Assembly (NCBI GenBank): GCA_017507325.1
Contig: JAFWBD010000047.1
Span: 1,146-65,145, forward strand
Source of the DNA: Clostridia bacterium
Lineage (GTDB): Bacteria; Bacillota; Clostridia; Oscillospirales; SIG627
Reading direction: 5' to 3'
Length of the DNA: 64,000 nt
Of this stretch, positions 8,575 to 17,534 are shown one piece after another. The notes under the pieces were generated by a model. That model made no database searches. It was not told the DNA's origin and saw only the letters and a list, made by a program, of their open reading frames with translations. Position 1 is the stretch's first letter, and every line of letters starts with the position of its first letter. Made by a program: the position numbers and the translations under genes.

Positions 8575-9648
8575 CTATTGTGCCGAGGGCGGCAAAACGG
8601 TAACGGGAACGCTGATCTCCAGATCGCTCCCCCAGATCATCACGGAAAATTGGCCGGGAAGCGCCTGCTCCCCTACGGTGACCAGAATCGTGCGAACTCC
8701 CTCGGAATCCGCCCCGCTCACCTGAAAGTTTCCCGCAAAGGAGAGCCCTACGGCAATTTCGGTGCTTTGAGAATGCTTCACCGTTAAGAGGAAGCTCTCG
8801 CCGGGCTTTGCCTCGCTTTTCTCCGAGGTACACGAGGCGGGAATATCGTAAAACACCCAAAAGCTGTAGGTTAAATCTCCGAAATAATCCGCTCCCTCGC
8901 TCTGATACCAGCGGCAGGATACCGTACAGCTGAGATTTTCCTCCTTTTCCAAACGGATCTCGCCCATCTCGCTGTAATTGCCGAAAAACAGCTCCTTCCC
9001 CTTGGAATCCACCAAAAGCACGTTGCAATAATCGGGCTTGATGGAAAAGGCGATCTCAGGCTTGGTGCCGGCTGACAACACCGCCGTTTCTCCGCCGCCC
9101 TCCGATACCTTACGCTCCAAAACCTGCCCGTTGGTTCTCACGTAATGCCAATCCCCGGCGGTTTCGGCGGGCAAGAACGAACGCTCTCCCGCCTTCCACT
9201 GTGCCGTGGGGTGCGAGGCAAAGGAAAGGCCGTAATCCTCCAGGAGAGGATGGCTGTGCAAGGAAAGAGCCACCTCGGAAGGAAAGAGAAAGAATTTTCC
9301 CTCCGAATCCCGATACACGCAATCGATTTCGGAATCGCTCAAATAAAAGATATATTCTACGTCGTGATCCAATTTGTGAAAGACCACCCGAACCGCTCGG
9401 TAAAAGGAGAGGTCCTTGGCGGGCTTTTCAATGGCGGAGCCGCTGCTTGCCGCCTCCACGAAAAAGCGGATGTCCTCCCGCTCCTCCACGGTCTTTTTCT
9501 CCTCGCCGGGATACAGGGTGATCCTTTGCACCGTTCCCTTACCCGGGGCGGAATCCTGGTTTTGCGAAATCACAAAAAACAAAATCACCAGAGGGATCGT
9601 AAACAGCGCGATCAGAAGGCCCCAAGCGGGCTTTTTTCTTCCCTTCAT
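8575..9648 (-). CDS. Hypothetical single-pass membrane-anchored protein (357 aa) with a large extracytoplasmic domain
   Basis: The start MKGRKKPAWGLLIALFTIPLVILFFV (a TM helix) is the ATG at 9648. It overlaps the repressor stop in an ATGA arrangement. The upstream part of the 401-aa track ORF overlaps the repressor gene and is rejected. Confidence 0.7.
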   Translation of the reverse strand: MKGRKKPAWGLLIALFTIPLVILFFVISQNQDSAPGKGTVQRITLYPGEEKKTVEEREDIRFFVEAASSGSAIEKPAKDLSFYRAVRVVFHKLDHDVEYIFYLSDSEIDCVYRDSEGKFFLFPSEVALSLHSHPLLEDYGLSFASHPTAQWKAGERSFLPAETAGDWHYVRTNGQVLERKVSEGGGETAVLSAGTKPEIAFSIKPDYCNVLLVDSKGKELFFGNYSEMGEIRLEKEENLSCTVSCRWYQSEGADYFGDLTYSFWVFYDIPASCTSEKSEAKPGESFLLTVKHSQSTEIAVGLSFAGNFQVSGADSEGVRTILVTVGEQALPGQFSVMIWGSDLEISVPVTVLPPSAQ

Positions 9649-10379
9649 GCTTTGCTTTCCTTTCCTTCGGAGCCCCGCTCCGTAATCACTCGGCCCACCA
9701 ATTTCAAATCGTCGCTTTCCAGCACGTGAATGGGCTCGTATGCGGGATTGACGGAAACCAGATGGGTCTCCCCCTGCCATACCTCGTATTTTTTACAAAG
9801 GCTCTCCCCGTTCAGCAAAAAGATTCCGATCTCCCCCGAGGCAATCTCTCGGCATTTTTCCACGTATACCAGATCCGAATCCGAAAACAAGGGCTCCATA
9901 CTGTCCCCCGACAGACGAATCGCAAAGGAGGCCCCAAAGGGGATATCGTCCACCCTCACCGATTCCGTACGGCTTTCCTCCGTCAAAACGGGCAAAGGCT
10001 CGCCGGCGGCGGCGGGAGCAAGAAAAACGGGAACCGAGGCCATTTTCGCTTTCCCCTCCGTTCGGCTGTTATCCGCCTCCCGTTCCAAAAGGGACAGCAC
10101 CGTATTGCGGCCGCGGCGATCCAAAAAGGAATAGAGCTCCAAAATGCGCTTTTCCTCGGGAGAAAGCACCTCACCTTCCTCTTCATCAAACACCAGCGCC
10201 TCCACCGAGGTTCCCAGTGCCTTGGCAATGCGAAAAATACAGGTCAAGCGGGCCGTATCGGTCTCTCTTTTGAGCATACTGTCCAGCGTGGTATAGGGAA
10301 TTCCGCTTTCCTTGGCAAGAGTAGCCTTGGTCATACCGTTTTCCTTAAGCAGGGCTTTCACCTTTTGACTGAATGACAT
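9645..10379 (-). CDS. XRE-type HTH plus S24 peptidase repressor (LexA/CI/HdiR-like, self-cleaving type)
   Basis: The N-terminal HTH reads MTKATLAKESGIPYTTLDSMLK. A LexA-like cleavage-site strand AAAGEP, the nucleophile motif GDSMEP and a downstream Lys (CKKYE) are all present. Confidence 0.85.
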   Translation of the reverse strand: MSFSQKVKALLKENGMTKATLAKESGIPYTTLDSMLKRETDTARLTCIFRIAKALGTSVEALVFDEEEGEVLSPEEKRILELYSFLDRRGRNTVLSLLEREADNSRTEGKAKMASVPVFLAPAAAGEPLPVLTEESRTESVRVDDIPFGASFAIRLSGDSMEPLFSDSDLVYVEKCREIASGEIGIFLLNGESLCKKYEVWQGETHLVSVNPAYEPIHVLESDDLKLVGRVITERGSEGKESKA

Positions 10380-10580
10380 TCCGCTTTTCTCCCTTTTTCA
10401 TTACTTTTTCTATTGTAACACATTTTATTTGAAAAGTAAAGATGTTTTCTTTTCCTCATATTATAGGCGGTAAACTTTATTTCGCCTTTAAAAATCATCA
10501 TTCTCCTTTCTTTTCTAATGTTTTTGGGATTTTTTTCTTTCAAATTGAAAATTTGAGGAGCAAAAGAGGCTTTAAAAGAC

Positions 10581-10609
10581 TTGTTTTTTTATTGGAAATA
10601 TGCTATACT
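10581..10609 (+). promoter_or_regulatory. Candidate promoter of the kor-suc operon
   Basis: TTGTTT (10581-10586), a 17-nt spacer ending in TGc, then TATACT (10604-10609). Confidence 0.4.
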
Positions 10610-10689
10610 TTCTCTATTGTTGTAAAAAAACGATCAAAATCAGAAAGGTAATACTGCAAACCAAAAAGGGTTGCAAACGGTTTTTCAAT

Positions 10690-10890
10690 ATGGCTACGAA
10701 GAAAAAATTGGTTTTGAATACCGCTTGGTGCAAGGGTTGCGGCGTTTGTGCGGCCTTTTGTCCCAAAAACGTTTTGGCTTTGAAGGGTGACAAGATCGCC
10801 GTCCAAAACGAAGAGGCTTGCATTCGCTGCGGGCTTTGCGAATTGAGATGTCCCGATTATGCCATCTGGCTGGAGGAGGTAGAAGCATGA
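10690..10890 (+). CDS. korD: 2-oxoacid:ferredoxin oxidoreductase delta subunit (2x[4Fe-4S] ferredoxin)
   Basis: MATKKK... carries two CxxCxxCxxxCP motifs (CKGCGVCAAFCP and CIRCGLCELRCP). Its stop overlaps the korA ATG. Confidence 0.85.
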   Translation: MATKKKLVLNTAWCKGCGVCAAFCPKNVLALKGDKIAVQNEEACIRCGLCELRCPDYAIWLEEVEA

Positions 10891-12017
10891 AGCAAATGAA
10901 ATTGATGCAAGGCAACGAAGCGTGCGTGGAAGGTGCCATTGCCGCAGGATGCCGCTTTTATGCGGGTTATCCCATTACGCCCTCCGCGGAGATCGCCGAA
11001 GGCTGTGCTGTGAGAATGCCGCAGGTCGGCGGAAAATTCATTCAGATGGAGGATGAGATCGCCTCCTGTGCTGCCGCCATCGGTGCCAGCGCCGCAGGCG
11101 TAAAATCCATGACCGCCACCTCGGGCCCCGGTTTTTCCTTAAAGCAGGAAAATCTCGGCTACGCCTGCTTGACGGAGATCCCCTTCGTTCTGGTGGACGT
11201 TCAGCGTGCCGGCCCCTCCACGGGTCTGCCCACCTCTCCCTCTCAAGGGGACGTGATGCAGGCAAGATGGGGCACCCACGGCGATCACCCCGCCATCGCG
11301 CTCTCTCCCTCTACGGTGGAGGAATGCTATACGCTGTGTATCAAATGCTTTAACCTTGCGGAAAAATACCGCACTCCCGTTATTTTCTTAATGGACGAGA
11401 TCGTCGGTCACCTTCGGGAGAACGTTGAGATCCCCGAGGAGGGCGAATTTGAGATCGTAAACCGCACCGTTCCCGCATCTCCCGCCGAGGCCGGCCCCGC
11501 TTACGCCTGCAAAAACGGTTCTTTGATCCCCGAAATGGCTCCCTTCGGACACGGCCAGCGCTACAACGTTACGGGGCTCATTCACGCCGCTGACGGCTTC
11601 CCCACCAACTCCACCGAAATTGCCGATGCGCAGGTGAAGAGGCTGGTGGCCAAAATCGAGGAAAATTTGGATGACATTCTGGCTTGGGAGGAAACGGATC
11701 TGGAGGATGCCGAGGTTTGCATCCTTTGCTACGGCGGCACCGCCAGAAGCGCTCAGAGCGCCGTGGAGGCACTCCGCGCCGAGGGCATCCGCGCGGGCAT
11801 TTTCCGCCCCATCACGCTGTGGCCCTTCCCCGGAAAGCGCTTGGAAGAAATTTCCCGAAAGGTCAAGAAGGTTTTGGTGGCCGAGCATAACAACGGTCAG
11901 ATCCTTTTGGAAGCAGAGCGCGTGATCAAAAACAACTGTCGGATCGATTTTATCGGCAAGGTGGACGGAACCGTTATCACCCCCGACGAGATCGTACGCA
12001 AGGTAAAGGAGGCGTAA
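10887..12017 (+). CDS. korA: 2-oxoglutarate/2-oxoacid:ferredoxin oxidoreductase alpha subunit
   Basis: The MKQMKLMQGNEACVEGAI..YPITPSAEI N-terminus is typical of KorA/PorA. The start is the ATG at 10887 (ATGA overlap with korD). Confidence 0.9.
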   Translation: MKQMKLMQGNEACVEGAIAAGCRFYAGYPITPSAEIAEGCAVRMPQVGGKFIQMEDEIASCAAAIGASAAGVKSMTATSGPGFSLKQENLGYACLTEIPFVLVDVQRAGPSTGLPTSPSQGDVMQARWGTHGDHPAIALSPSTVEECYTLCIKCFNLAEKYRTPVIFLMDEIVGHLRENVEIPEEGEFEIVNRTVPASPAEAGPAYACKNGSLIPEMAPFGHGQRYNVTGLIHAADGFPTNSTEIADAQVKRLVAKIEENLDDILAWEETDLEDAEVCILCYGGTARSAQSAVEALRAEGIRAGIFRPITLWPFPGKRLEEISRKVKKVLVAEHNNGQILLEAERVIKNNCRIDFIGKVDGTVITPDEIVRKVKEA

Positions 12018-12021
12018 GGCT

Positions 12022-12840
12022 ATGGCATCAAAATTGATCGATGAATATTTTCGCGAGGATCACCTGCCTCACATTTGGTGTGCCGGCTGCGGACACGGCA
12101 TTTTGATGAGAGACGTGGCTCAGGCCGTACACAATCTCGGGTTGGATAAGGACCGCGTGGTTCTGGTATCCGGTATCGGCTGCTCCTCCCGTGCGGCAGG
12201 CTATATGGATTTCAACACCATGCATACCACCCACGGCAGAGCCTTGGCCTTTGCCACGGGCGTTAAAATGGCAAGACCCGAACTGGAGGTCATCTGCATC
12301 ATGGGCGACGGTGACGCCAGCGCCATCGGCGGAAACCATCTGATCCACGCCGCACGGCGTAACATCGGCATCACCGCCATCATTTTCAACAACGATATTT
12401 ACGGTATGACGGGCGGTCAGTACTCCCCCACCACTCCCTACGGAGAAAAGGGCACCACCGCTCCCTACGGCAACATCGACCGTCCCTTTGACATTGTGAA
12501 GGTTGCCGAGGCGGCCGGTGCCACCTACACCGCAAGAGGAACCGCTTACGATGCGGTCCGCACCACAAAGCTCATCGAAGAGGGCATTCGCCACAAGGGC
12601 TTTTCCGTGATCGAATGCGCCTCTATTTGCCCCACCTATTACGGAAGAAAGAACAAAAAGGGCAGTGCGGTGGATATGTACCGTTGGCAAAAGGAAAACA
12701 GCGTTTCGGTGGAAAAAGCCAAGGGTATGACCGAAGAGGAATTGAAGGGCAAATTGATCGTCGGTGAAATCTCCCGCAGTGAATTTCCCGAATTGACCGA
12801 GCAATACCAAAAGATCATTGAAAAGGTTCAAGGGAAATAA
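12022..12840 (+). CDS. korB: 2-oxoglutarate/2-oxoacid:ferredoxin oxidoreductase beta subunit (TPP-binding)
   Basis: Contains WCAGCGHG and the TPP motif GDGD..AIGGNH. Confidence 0.9.
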   Translation: MASKLIDEYFREDHLPHIWCAGCGHGILMRDVAQAVHNLGLDKDRVVLVSGIGCSSRAAGYMDFNTMHTTHGRALAFATGVKMARPELEVICIMGDGDASAIGGNHLIHAARRNIGITAIIFNNDIYGMTGGQYSPTTPYGEKGTTAPYGNIDRPFDIVKVAEAAGATYTARGTAYDAVRTTKLIEEGIRHKGFSVIECASICPTYYGRKNKKGSAVDMYRWQKENSVSVEKAKGMTEEELKGKLIVGEISRSEFPELTEQYQKIIEKVQGK

Positions 12841-12854
12841 GGGAGGAGAGCGCT

Positions 12855-13385
12855 ATGAGTAAAATGGAAATTCGCCTTGCCGGTACCGGCGGACAGGGTC
12901 TGATCACGGGTACCATTATTTTGGCGGAGGCAGGCATTTTCGAAAACAAATTCGTTGCCCAGTCCCAGTCCTACGGACCGGAGGCCAGAGGCGGTATGTG
13001 CAAGGGCGAGGTCATCATTTCCGATGAGAAGATCGGCTTTACCAAGGTGACAAAGCCCACCTTCGTGATGGCACTTTCCCAGCCCTCCTTCGGCAAATAC
13101 TGCCGGGATCTTGACGAGGATTGCTTTGTTCTGGTGGATGAGAGCATTGTCATCCCCGAGGACTGGAGCCACAAGAATTTCTTGAGCTTGCCGATTTTGG
13201 CAACCGCCAGAGAAAAGGTAGGCAAAATGCAGACGGTCAACATCGTTTCGGTGGGAGCCATCAACAAGATTCTGAATTTCTCCTCGGAGGAAAACATCAA
13301 GAAAGCCGTTTTGATGCACGTCCCCAAAGGAACGGAGGAATTGAATCTGAAGGCGCTGGAGGAAGGCGCCCGTTTGGTCAAATAA
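12855..13385 (+). CDS. korC: 2-oxoacid:ferredoxin oxidoreductase gamma subunit
   Basis: 176-aa ORF with the GTGGQG motif, in fourth position of the kor cluster. Confidence 0.85.
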   Translation: MSKMEIRLAGTGGQGLITGTIILAEAGIFENKFVAQSQSYGPEARGGMCKGEVIISDEKIGFTKVTKPTFVMALSQPSFGKYCRDLDEDCFVLVDESIVIPEDWSHKNFLSLPILATAREKVGKMQTVNIVSVGAINKILNFSSEENIKKAVLMHVPKGTEELNLKALEEGARLVK

Positions 13386-13416
13386 TCAGTAACAGAAAGC
13401 AAGGTAACACGAATTT

Positions 13417-14598
13417 ATGAAAATACACGAGTATCAATCCTGCGAGCTCTTTGAGCGCTACGGAATCCCCTGCCCCAAGGGATATTTGGCAATGTATCCC
13501 GAGGAAGCGGTGGAGGCCGCCCGAAAATTGGGGGCGTTTCCCGTGGCCGTGAAGGCTCAGATCCACTCCGGCGGTCGAAGAAAGGCCGGCGGCGTGAAAA
13601 TTTGTTTTTCCAAATCCGAGGTTCGGGAATATTCCAAGGGGCTGATCGGAAAGGTTTTGTACCCCCATCAGGCAGGCCCCGAGGGGAAATTGGTTCGCCG
13701 CATTTACATCACCGCAGGCAGCAACATTGAGCAAGAATACTACGTTTCCATGACGGTGGATGCCGAAAACGCCTCGGTGGTGATGATCGCCTCCGCAGAC
13801 GGCGGAACGGAGATCGAGGAGCTCAGCCGCACCCATCCCGAAAAGATCTTCCGTCTGAACATCGACCCCGTGATCGGCTACAAGGATTATAACGGTTGGG
13901 AAATGGCCAAAATGCTGGACTTTGAAGGCGAGCAGGCCAAGACCTTTGTGAAGATCGCAAGAGGTATGTACCGTCTGTTTATGGATAAGGACTGCTCTTT
14001 GGTGGAAATCAATCCCTTGATCACCACCAAGGAAGGCGATCTGATCGCACTTGACGCCAAGGTCAATTTTGACGACAACGCCCTCTTCCGTCACCCCGAC
14101 ATTATGGAATTGAGAGACTACGACGAGGAGGATCCCAAGGAGATCGAAGCCTCAAAATATGATCTCAACTACGTTTCGCTGGATGGCTCCGTGGGCTGTA
14201 TGGTCAACGGCGCAGGCCTTGCCATGGCGACCATGGATATCATCAAAAACTTCGGCGGTGAGCCTGCAAACTTTTTGGACGTGGGCGGCTCGGCCACCAC
14301 GGAGAGAGTGAAGGCGGCCTTTGAGATCGTTCTTTCCGATCCCAACGTTCGCTCCATTCTGGTGAATATTTTCGGCGGAATTATGAAATGCGACGTGATC
14401 GCCCAAGGCATCATCGAAGCCGCAAAATCCATGGAAATCCGTGTTCCCGTGGTGGTTCGTCTGGACGGAACCAACGCCGAGGAGGGCAGAGCCCTGCTGC
14501 AGAAGTCCGGTCTGGATCTGATTCCCGCGGAGACCTTTGCCGAAGCGGCAAAGGCCGCAGTAGAACTTGCAAATCAAGGGAAGGAGGCTGCAAAATGA
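13417..14598 (+). CDS. sucC: Succinyl-CoA synthetase (ADP-forming) beta subunit
   Basis: [18 protein letters not shown]... is the ATP-grasp N-terminus. [14 protein letters not shown] is also present. Confidence 0.9.
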   Translation: MKIHEYQSCELFERYGIPCPKGYLAMYPEEAVEAARKLGAFPVAVKAQIHSGGRRKAGGVKICFSKSEVREYSKGLIGKVLYPHQAGPEGKLVRRIYITAGSNIEQEYYVSMTVDAENASVVMIASADGGTEIEELSRTHPEKIFRLNIDPVIGYKDYNGWEMAKMLDFEGEQAKTFVKIARGMYRLFMDKDCSLVEINPLITTKEGDLIALDAKVNFDDNALFRHPDIMELRDYDEEDPKEIEASKYDLNYVSLDGSVGCMVNGAGLAMATMDIIKNFGGEPANFLDVGGSATTERVKAAFEIVLSDPNVRSILVNIFGGIMKCDVIAQGIIEAAKSMEIRVPVVVRLDGTNAEEGRALLQKSGLDLIPAETFAEAAKAAVELANQGKEAAK

Positions 14599-15494
14599 TT
14601 CTGATTGATAACAACACCCGTGTGATCGTTCAGGGAATCACCGGTTCCCAGGGCAGATTTCACACCCAGCAAATGCTGGAATACGGCACCAAGATCGTAG
14701 GCGGCACCTCTCCCGGCAAGGGCGGTATGGAGGTTCTGGGCGTTCCCGTTTTCAACACCGTTAAGGAAGCAAAGGAAGCCACCGGTGCCAATTGCTCCAT
14801 ACTCTATATTCCCCCCGCCTTTGCGGCCGACGGCATTATGGAGGCCATTGATGCGGAGATCGAGCTTGTGGTTTGCATCACCGAGGGCATTCCCGTTTTG
14901 GATATGATGCGGGTGAAGAATCATCTGAAGGGAAAAAAGACCCGTCTTGTGGGTCCCAACTGCCCCGGTCTGATCTCTCCCGGTGCCTCCAAGGTGGGCA
15001 TTCTTCCCGGATACATTCACACCCCCGGTCACGTAGGTGTCATCAGCCGTTCCGGCACCCTGACCTATGAAGCGGTCTACCAGCTGACCACGCTGGGGAT
15101 CGGTCAATCCACCGCCGTGGGTATCGGAGGCGACCCCATCCGCGGCACGGGCTTTATCGATCTTTTGGATATGTTCAACCGTGATCCCGATACCTTGGCC
15201 GTGGTGATGATCGGCGAGATCGGCGGCTGCGGTGAAGAAGACGCCGCAGAGTGGATCCGTGCCCATATGAAAAAGCCCGTTTGTGCCTTCATCGGCGGCA
15301 AAACCGCTCCCAAGGGCAAGAGAATGGGCCACGCCGGCGCCATCATCAACGGCGGCAAGGGCACGCAGGCGGGCAAGGTCGAGGCCTTGGAGAAGGCAGG
15401 CGTCACCGTAGCCTCCACCCCCGATAAGATCGGCGAAACCTTGGTGGAGGTCATCAAAAAAGCAGGCATTTACGAAAAATGCCTGACCAAATAA
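14595..15494 (+). CDS. sucD: Succinyl-CoA synthetase alpha subunit
   Basis: [20 protein letters not shown]... begins the protein. The phosphohistidine loop MGHAGAII is present. The ATG at 14595 overlaps the sucC stop. Confidence 0.9.
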   Translation: MILIDNNTRVIVQGITGSQGRFHTQQMLEYGTKIVGGTSPGKGGMEVLGVPVFNTVKEAKEATGANCSILYIPPAFAADGIMEAIDAEIELVVCITEGIPVLDMMRVKNHLKGKKTRLVGPNCPGLISPGASKVGILPGYIHTPGHVGVISRSGTLTYEAVYQLTTLGIGQSTAVGIGGDPIRGTGFIDLLDMFNRDPDTLAVVMIGEIGGCGEEDAAEWIRAHMKKPVCAFIGGKTAPKGKRMGHAGAIINGGKGTQAGKVEALEKAGVTVASTPDKIGETLVEVIKKAGIYEKCLTK

Positions 15495-15549
15495 TTTTTT
15501 CGAATGCAAACGTTCCCCTTGCCGCCAAAACGGCGGGGCCAACAAAAAG

Positions 15550-15585
15550 GCCGATACGGAAATCAAAATCCGTGTCGGCTTTTTT
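15550..15585. terminator. Bidirectional rho-independent terminator between sucD (+) and the GT2 gene (-)
   Basis: An 11-bp stem, gccgatacgga pairing with tccgtgtcggc, flanked by AAAA upstream and TTTTTT downstream. Confidence 0.7.
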
Positions 15586-15619
15586 CGCTTCCCATTTTTC
15601 AAAGGAAGGCTTTCTTTTA

Positions 15620-16570
15620 TTATTTTTGCTTCGGATCTTCCCGATTATCCAGGATCTCCTTGACCAGATAGACGGGTCTTCCCTTGACCTCCTCGTACAT
15701 TTTGGCCAGATACTGCCCCACAATACCGAGGCAGAGAAGCTGGATTCCCGAAAGAGAAAGGATCAGGGAGGCAAGGGTGGGAAAGCCCGCCACGGGATCC
15801 CCGAACAGAAGGGTCTTGATGACCACAAACAGCATCATCACAATGGCAATGAAAAACAAAAGCAGTCCCAAAACAGAGGACAGGATCAAGGGCTTATCGG
15901 AAAAGGCCACAATCCCGTTCACGGCATAGGAGGCAAGACGCCAGAAGCTCCACTTGGTCTTGCCCGCGTGGCGCGCCTCCACGTGGTAGGGCATATAATG
16001 GGTGCGAAATCCGACCCAAGAAAAGATCCCCTTGGAAAAGCGGCACCTTTCGGGAAGGGAAAGGATGGCATCCACCATTTTCCGATCCAGCACGCGAAAA
16101 TCGCTGGCGGAGCGGTAAAACTCAATGCTGGTGAGACGGTTGATGAGGCGGTAAAAGGTCTTTTTGAAAAAGCTGAGCACCTTTCCCTCGCGACGGACGT
16201 CCTGATACGCCGCCACGCAATCGTAATCGGGGTTTTCCCGAAGAAACGCAAGCATTTGGGCCACGTATTTCGGATTTTGCTGGAGATCCGCGTCAATGAT
16301 GGCCACCTTCTCTCCCCTGCTGTGAGAGAGCCCTGCCAAGAGAGCCGCCTCCTTCCCGAAATTCCGCGAAAAATCAATCACGCGAACGGGCACGGGCGAC
16401 AAAGATGCCACCTCGGACAATTCCCTTTTGGTTCCGTCCCGACTGCCGTCGTTCACGAAAACGATCTCCATATCGGAAGCGTATTCCTTCAATTCCTCCA
16501 TCAGCCTTTCGTGGAGAGGATGAAGATTTCCTTCTTCGTTGTAACAAGGGACCACTACCGTTAAATACAT
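15620..16570 (-). CDS. Family-2 glycosyltransferase, polyprenyl-phosphate sugar transferase type (GtrB/DPM1-like) with C-terminal TM helices
   Basis: MYLTVVVPCYNEEGNL, a DAD-type motif (IIDADLQ) and two C-terminal hydrophobic helices. The ATG at 16570 follows AAGGAGA. Confidence 0.85.
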   Translation of the reverse strand: MYLTVVVPCYNEEGNLHPLHERLMEELKEYASDMEIVFVNDGSRDGTKRELSEVASLSPVPVRVIDFSRNFGKEAALLAGLSHSRGEKVAIIDADLQQNPKYVAQMLAFLRENPDYDCVAAYQDVRREGKVLSFFKKTFYRLINRLTSIEFYRSASDFRVLDRKMVDAILSLPERCRFSKGIFSWVGFRTHYMPYHVEARHAGKTKWSFWRLASYAVNGIVAFSDKPLILSSVLGLLLFFIAIVMMLFVVIKTLLFGDPVAGFPTLASLILSLSGIQLLCLGIVGQYLAKMYEEVKGRPVYLVKEILDNREDPKQK

Positions 16571-16595
16571 AGCTTCTCCTTTTTCTTTTCCCGTT

Positions 16596-17522
16596 TTACC
16601 GAGCGGGCAAAACCAAGCGAACCGCCGCGGGAATGATCTCAATCTCGGGGTTCTCCATTTGGAAGATCTCTCCGTCCGCTTGGAGACAAAGAGGCTTTTC
16701 CGACAGAAGGCGGATTCTTTTACATCTGGTAAAATAAATGTCCGGAACGGTTTCCAAATGCTTCCCTTCCTTATAATCCTTTACGTAACGGAGAAATTCC
16801 ATACGGGAAAGGGAATGAATGGTCACAAAATCCATCAGACCGTCGTTGATCTCAGCCAAGGGCGCCGCCTTGAAGCCGCCGCCGTAGTATCTGCCGTTGG
16901 CCACCACCGCAAGGGTGACGCTCCCGTTCCCCACGGAAAGCGCTTCTCCGTCCACCTCAAAGGAAACGGGATTGTTCATAGAAGACAAAAAGGTATAGCC
17001 CAAGGAGATCTTGTAGGCGGCTCCGCCCGAGATCAGCGGAAGCTTTTTGATCCGATTCTGCCTTCTGGCGGTAATGGCGTCCAGCCCGACGGAAATGCTG
17101 TTTAAGCTGTAAACGTCACCGCAACGCAAAACGTCGCATGGGATCTCCGTGCCGCGAATGCAGGCGGACAGATCCAAAAAATCTTCCTTGGAAAATCCTT
17201 CCAGCGTGCGGATAAAATCGTTTCCGCTTCCCACGGGAACGGGACAAACGGCAACGGAATCGGCACCGACCACGCCGTTGATGACCTCGTGGAGGGTTCC
17301 GTCGCCCCCGCAGGCGTAGATCCTCGTTTTTTCATAAGGCTCCCTGCAGGCGGCGCGGGCAAATTCCGTCGCATCCCCCTTCTTTTGGGTCAGAAGGATC
17401 TCGTATTTTTCATTCTCCCGATCCGTATTGAGGATAAAGGCGCGGCGGATCCTCTCGGTGATCTCCTCCACGGGGCTTTTGACCCCCGCCTTCGGGTTTA
17501 CGATAAACAAATGTCTGATCAT
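16596..17522 (-). CDS. Diacylglycerol-kinase-family lipid kinase (YegS/DagK-like)
   Basis: Contains the ACGGDGTLHEVINGV motif. Confidence 0.85.
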   Translation of the reverse strand: MIRHLFIVNPKAGVKSPVEEITERIRRAFILNTDRENEKYEILLTQKKGDATEFARAACREPYEKTRIYACGGDGTLHEVINGVVGADSVAVCPVPVGSGNDFIRTLEGFSKEDFLDLSACIRGTEIPCDVLRCGDVYSLNSISVGLDAITARRQNRIKKLPLISGGAAYKISLGYTFLSSMNNPVSFEVDGEALSVGNGSVTLAVVANGRYYGGGFKAAPLAEINDGLMDFVTIHSLSRMEFLRYVKDYKEGKHLETVPDIYFTRCKRIRLLSEKPLCLQADGEIFQMENPEIEIIPAAVRLVLPAR

Positions 17523-17534
17523 AAAAAGCTCCTG

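Noticed and set aside
9649-9780. The upstream 44 codons of the 401-aa track ORF (MAGGDPSGFRQ...).
   Set aside because: This part overlaps the 3' end of the S24 repressor gene in another frame. The internal ATG at 9648 gives a canonical Lys/Arg-rich N-terminus plus TM helix, and an ATGA stop/start overlap.
10380-10689. Small ORFs (61 and 69 aa) and a short palindrome caaatt-gaa-aatttg (about 10543-10557) in the AT-rich divergent intergenic region.
   Set aside because: The ORFs have implausible composition, no RBS, and overlap promoter-like DNA. The palindrome has only 6-bp arms, and I cannot link it to the repressor without a binding-site model. I kept it only as a place to look for the operator.
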